From a virus (taxonomy: Duplodnaviria > Caudoviricetes): DNA of 37,370 bases. The notes beneath the pieces are model-generated. The model did not search any database, had not been told where the DNA came from, and worked only from the letters and a program-made list of their open reading frames with translations. The stretch covers positions 1-37,370 of IMG/VR virus record IMGVR_UViG_3300044580_000538. One strand, given 5' to 3'. Shown here piece by piece: positions 35,224 through 37,370 of this stretch. The number at the start of each line of letters is the position of its first letter. Positions within the stretch are counted from its first letter, which is position 1. The translations under genes were made by a program, and so were the position numbers.

Positions 35224-37023
35224 ATGGCGCTCACTGTATGCATTGGTGTATGCCCCGGTACCGGGGGCACAGACGATAGAAAAGTTGGCAGCCCCACAGT
35301 GACAATAAGCTCGGATATTGCGACGCTCAGCGTAGCACAGACCGGCGCCCTAATCGGGCCTGGAACCTGTATCTACGCGAAAGTCGGTGTTACCCCCTAC
35401 TACTACTATGTCTCCGAGGTGCTGTCTGACACGACGTTCAGAGTTACTTTAGATGGCGCGGTCCCATCATCTGGAACAGCAACCGTCCAGAAAATCTATT
35501 TCCCCTATGCCTCTCTATCAGCGGCTGAATCTGCGATACAGACAGCAATAGTGAACACCTCGCTGACCTCGAAAGATGTCCAGGTGTTTATCTATCTGTA
35601 CGGTGCTGATACCGGCGGCGTGACTGTAGATGGGTACACCACCGACGCCACCCGTAACATTAATATCGTCGCTGCCTCAGCGGCACAGACGCTTGATGGG
35701 TCCGAGTGGAGATGGCAAGGCGTGCCAGACGACACCAAAGCCAAAGCCGGCGGCAGCCTGGTCCTCTCTGATCCATACACCACAGTTGACGGTCTCCAGA
35801 TACAATACAACGGGGAAGGCATTTTACTCGACGCTGCTAGCTGTGTTGCGAGAAACTGCTTTATACGCTGCGGCAGCAGCCCCACGTCAACCGCTACTGG
35901 AGTTAATGCCGCCAGGACAGCCGGAACTGGAGGCCTTGTGGAGAACTGCGTCATCACGGGCTACACAGGCAGCTCCGGTGGTGGTATTAAGGTTCTTACC
36001 GCCAACGCTGTCAAGATCTACCACTGCACCATCCATGGCAACAGGTTAGGGATCGTAGGAAGCGCCTCAAACAGCACAGCCACCGTAGTGAACTGCCTGG
36101 TATTTAATAACACCACCAATGATTGGTATTATATGTCCTCAACCCAGCCCACCTGCTACAGCAACTGCTCCGACGACACCCCGCTCGGTAGTAACGGGAT
36201 CGACGCCAGCCCTGGGAGCGTGGAGGCTTCTGATTGGGCACTGCTGGTGAAGGATTATGCCAACGGAGACGTGCGCCCGCTCAACGCCTACAGCCCGATC
36301 TACAGAGCAGGACGAGGCTGGGAAGCTGATAACACCCTCCCCACCACCGACGTCAAGGGCGATAGTCGCCACCTGACCACCCCAAGTATAGGGGCCTATG
36401 AGCGCTCGGTAGACGGGAAGGGCTATGGACAGATGGACATCTGGGTGCGCGTATCTGAGACCTTCAAGAAGCTGATCACCGGGTATGTCTTAAGCGGGGG
36501 GATCTGGAAGCCGCTGCGGTCTGTATATGTTCTTGTCAATGGAGTGTGGAAGCAGATCTATGTCCTGTCCGTAGTGGGGCACGTCCTTAATCCGAGCTTC
36601 GAGCTTTGGGACGGCACTGCCCTGCGCTATTTCACCCTCGCGGGCGCCGGGGCCACCGCCACAAAAGACACCAGCGACTATTACGCAGACGGCACCAGCG
36701 TGTGTCTCGTCCGTGGGTCTACAGGTGGAATGCTCTATCAGGACGTTCATGCTGAGGAGGGCCTCAGCTACTGGCAAGGCCGCAAAGTCCACGCCGACGT
36801 CATGTGTAAGGCTGACGACCCCTCCACGGTCTGTGTCCGTATTGAGGATGGCGTTGGCTCCTCAACCCACACCCACCACAGCGGGAGCGGGGAGTGGGAG
36901 AAACTTGAGGCAGAGATCACTGTCTCAGCCTCGGCCACCATGGTCCGCGTGGTGTTGGACGCGGGTGGAGGCGTGGCCGGGAAGTCCGCAAGGTTTGACC
37001 TCCTGAACCTCTATGTCGTCTAG
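35224..37023 (+). CDS. Tailspike/receptor-binding protein: parallel beta-helix plus C-terminal carbohydrate-binding-like module
   Basis: Repeating VDGLQI, ARNCFI, VENCVI, IYHCTI, VVNCLV rungs; D..G..R....SIGAYE cap; NPSFELW...WEKL...FD CBM-like domain. Confidence 0.75.
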   Translation: MALTVCIGVCPGTGGTDDRKVGSPTVTISSDIATLSVAQTGALIGPGTCIYAKVGVTPYYYYVSEVLSDTTFRVTLDGAVPSSGTATVQKIYFPYASLSAAESAIQTAIVNTSLTSKDVQVFIYLYGADTGGVTVDGYTTDATRNINIVAASAAQTLDGSEWRWQGVPDDTKAKAGGSLVLSDPYTTVDGLQIQYNGEGILLDAASCVARNCFIRCGSSPTSTATGVNAARTAGTGGLVENCVITGYTGSSGGGIKVLTANAVKIYHCTIHGNRLGIVGSASNSTATVVNCLVFNNTTNDWYYMSSTQPTCYSNCSDDTPLGSNGIDASPGSVEASDWALLVKDYANGDVRPLNAYSPIYRAGRGWEADNTLPTTDVKGDSRHLTTPSIGAYERSVDGKGYGQMDIWVRVSETFKKLITGYVLSGGIWKPLRSVYVLVNGVWKQIYVLSVVGHVLNPSFELWDGTALRYFTLAGAGATATKDTSDYYADGTSVCLVRGSTGGMLYQDVHAEEGLSYWQGRKVHADVMCKADDPSTVCVRIEDGVGSSTHTHHSGSGEWEKLEAEITVSASATMVRVVLDAGGGVAGKSARFDLLNLYVV

Positions 37024-37067
37024 GTGTCATCCACTGTCAGCCAGCTGAAAACACAAGGAGAAAATCT

Positions 37068-37370
37068 ATGGATCAGTTAACCGCACGGTTTATCCGCACT
37101 TTCTATCAGGGCCTCGCCCTGCCCGAGCAGCTCTTGTTCTACAAGGAAGTCATCACGGGCAACCATGAAACCCGCAAGGCATGGATCAAGAACCACGGGG
37201 CCGCCTACGGGATCACCCCTGAGCAGGCGGCTATGCTCCTCACCTTGGGTACGCTGTCCAAGGAAGAGGTCGCCATGATTGTCGCCGTTAAGGCCGCAGA
37301 GGAGGTCCAGCCGAAGGTGCAGAACATCTTCGTGCGCTTCTGGAACTGGCTCTTCGGGCGCAACGGCTGA
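37068..37370 (+). CDS. Hypothetical protein with amphipathic C-terminal helix
   Basis: AAGGAG RBS; ends VQNIFVRFWNWLFGRNG. Confidence 0.7.
   Translation: MDQLTARFIRTFYQGLALPEQLLFYKEVITGNHETRKAWIKNHGAAYGITPEQAAMLLTLGTLSKEEVAMIVAVKAAEEVQPKVQNIFVRFWNWLFGRNG

Larger units (their letters stand above)
1..37370 (+). mobile_element. T7-like (Autographiviridae-type) phage/prophage genome, circularly permuted, probably temperate
   Basis: Full T7 core synteny: RNAP-SSB-endoI-amidase-primase/helicase-polA-exo-portal-scaffold-capsid-tubeA/B-internal proteins-fibre, then TerS-TerL. No host housekeeping genes. Two integrase-family genes. Confidence 0.97.

Noticed and set aside
34037-37023. Invertible tail-fibre cassette or DGR served by the extra recombinase
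   Set aside because: No inverted repeats, reversed partial fibre genes, reverse transcriptase or template/variable repeat pair seen.

Overview
The whole window is a near-complete, circularly permuted T7-like (Autographiviridae-type) phage or prophage genome of about 37 kb, almost entirely on the + strand. Order: end of the late operon (DUF2190-like protein, an antisense tyrosine recombinase, a membrane-anchored protein, TerS, TerL); a 1.6-kb non-coding end/origin region; early genes (GP88-like, SprT-like, a second tyrosine integrase, single-subunit RNA polymerase); replication genes (SSB, endonuclease I, amidase, primase-helicase, DNA pol A, HNH, exonuclease plus accessory genes); virion genes (portal, scaffold, capsid, tail tubes A/B, three internal proteins, a three-gene fibre/spike module). 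Most notable: (1) two divergent tyrosine recombinases and no recognisable CI repressor; (2) a 10-bp box, TGTGNCCTA(A/G), beside both host-type promoters, the RNAP gene and a phage promoter, which could be integrase arm sites reused as operators; (3) a one-base frameshift in an RNAP gene with intact catalytic motifs; (4) a derivable phage promoter consensus, AAGTACACATTA(T/A/G)(T/A)GG. All assignments come from motif recognition and synteny by eye; no searches were run.
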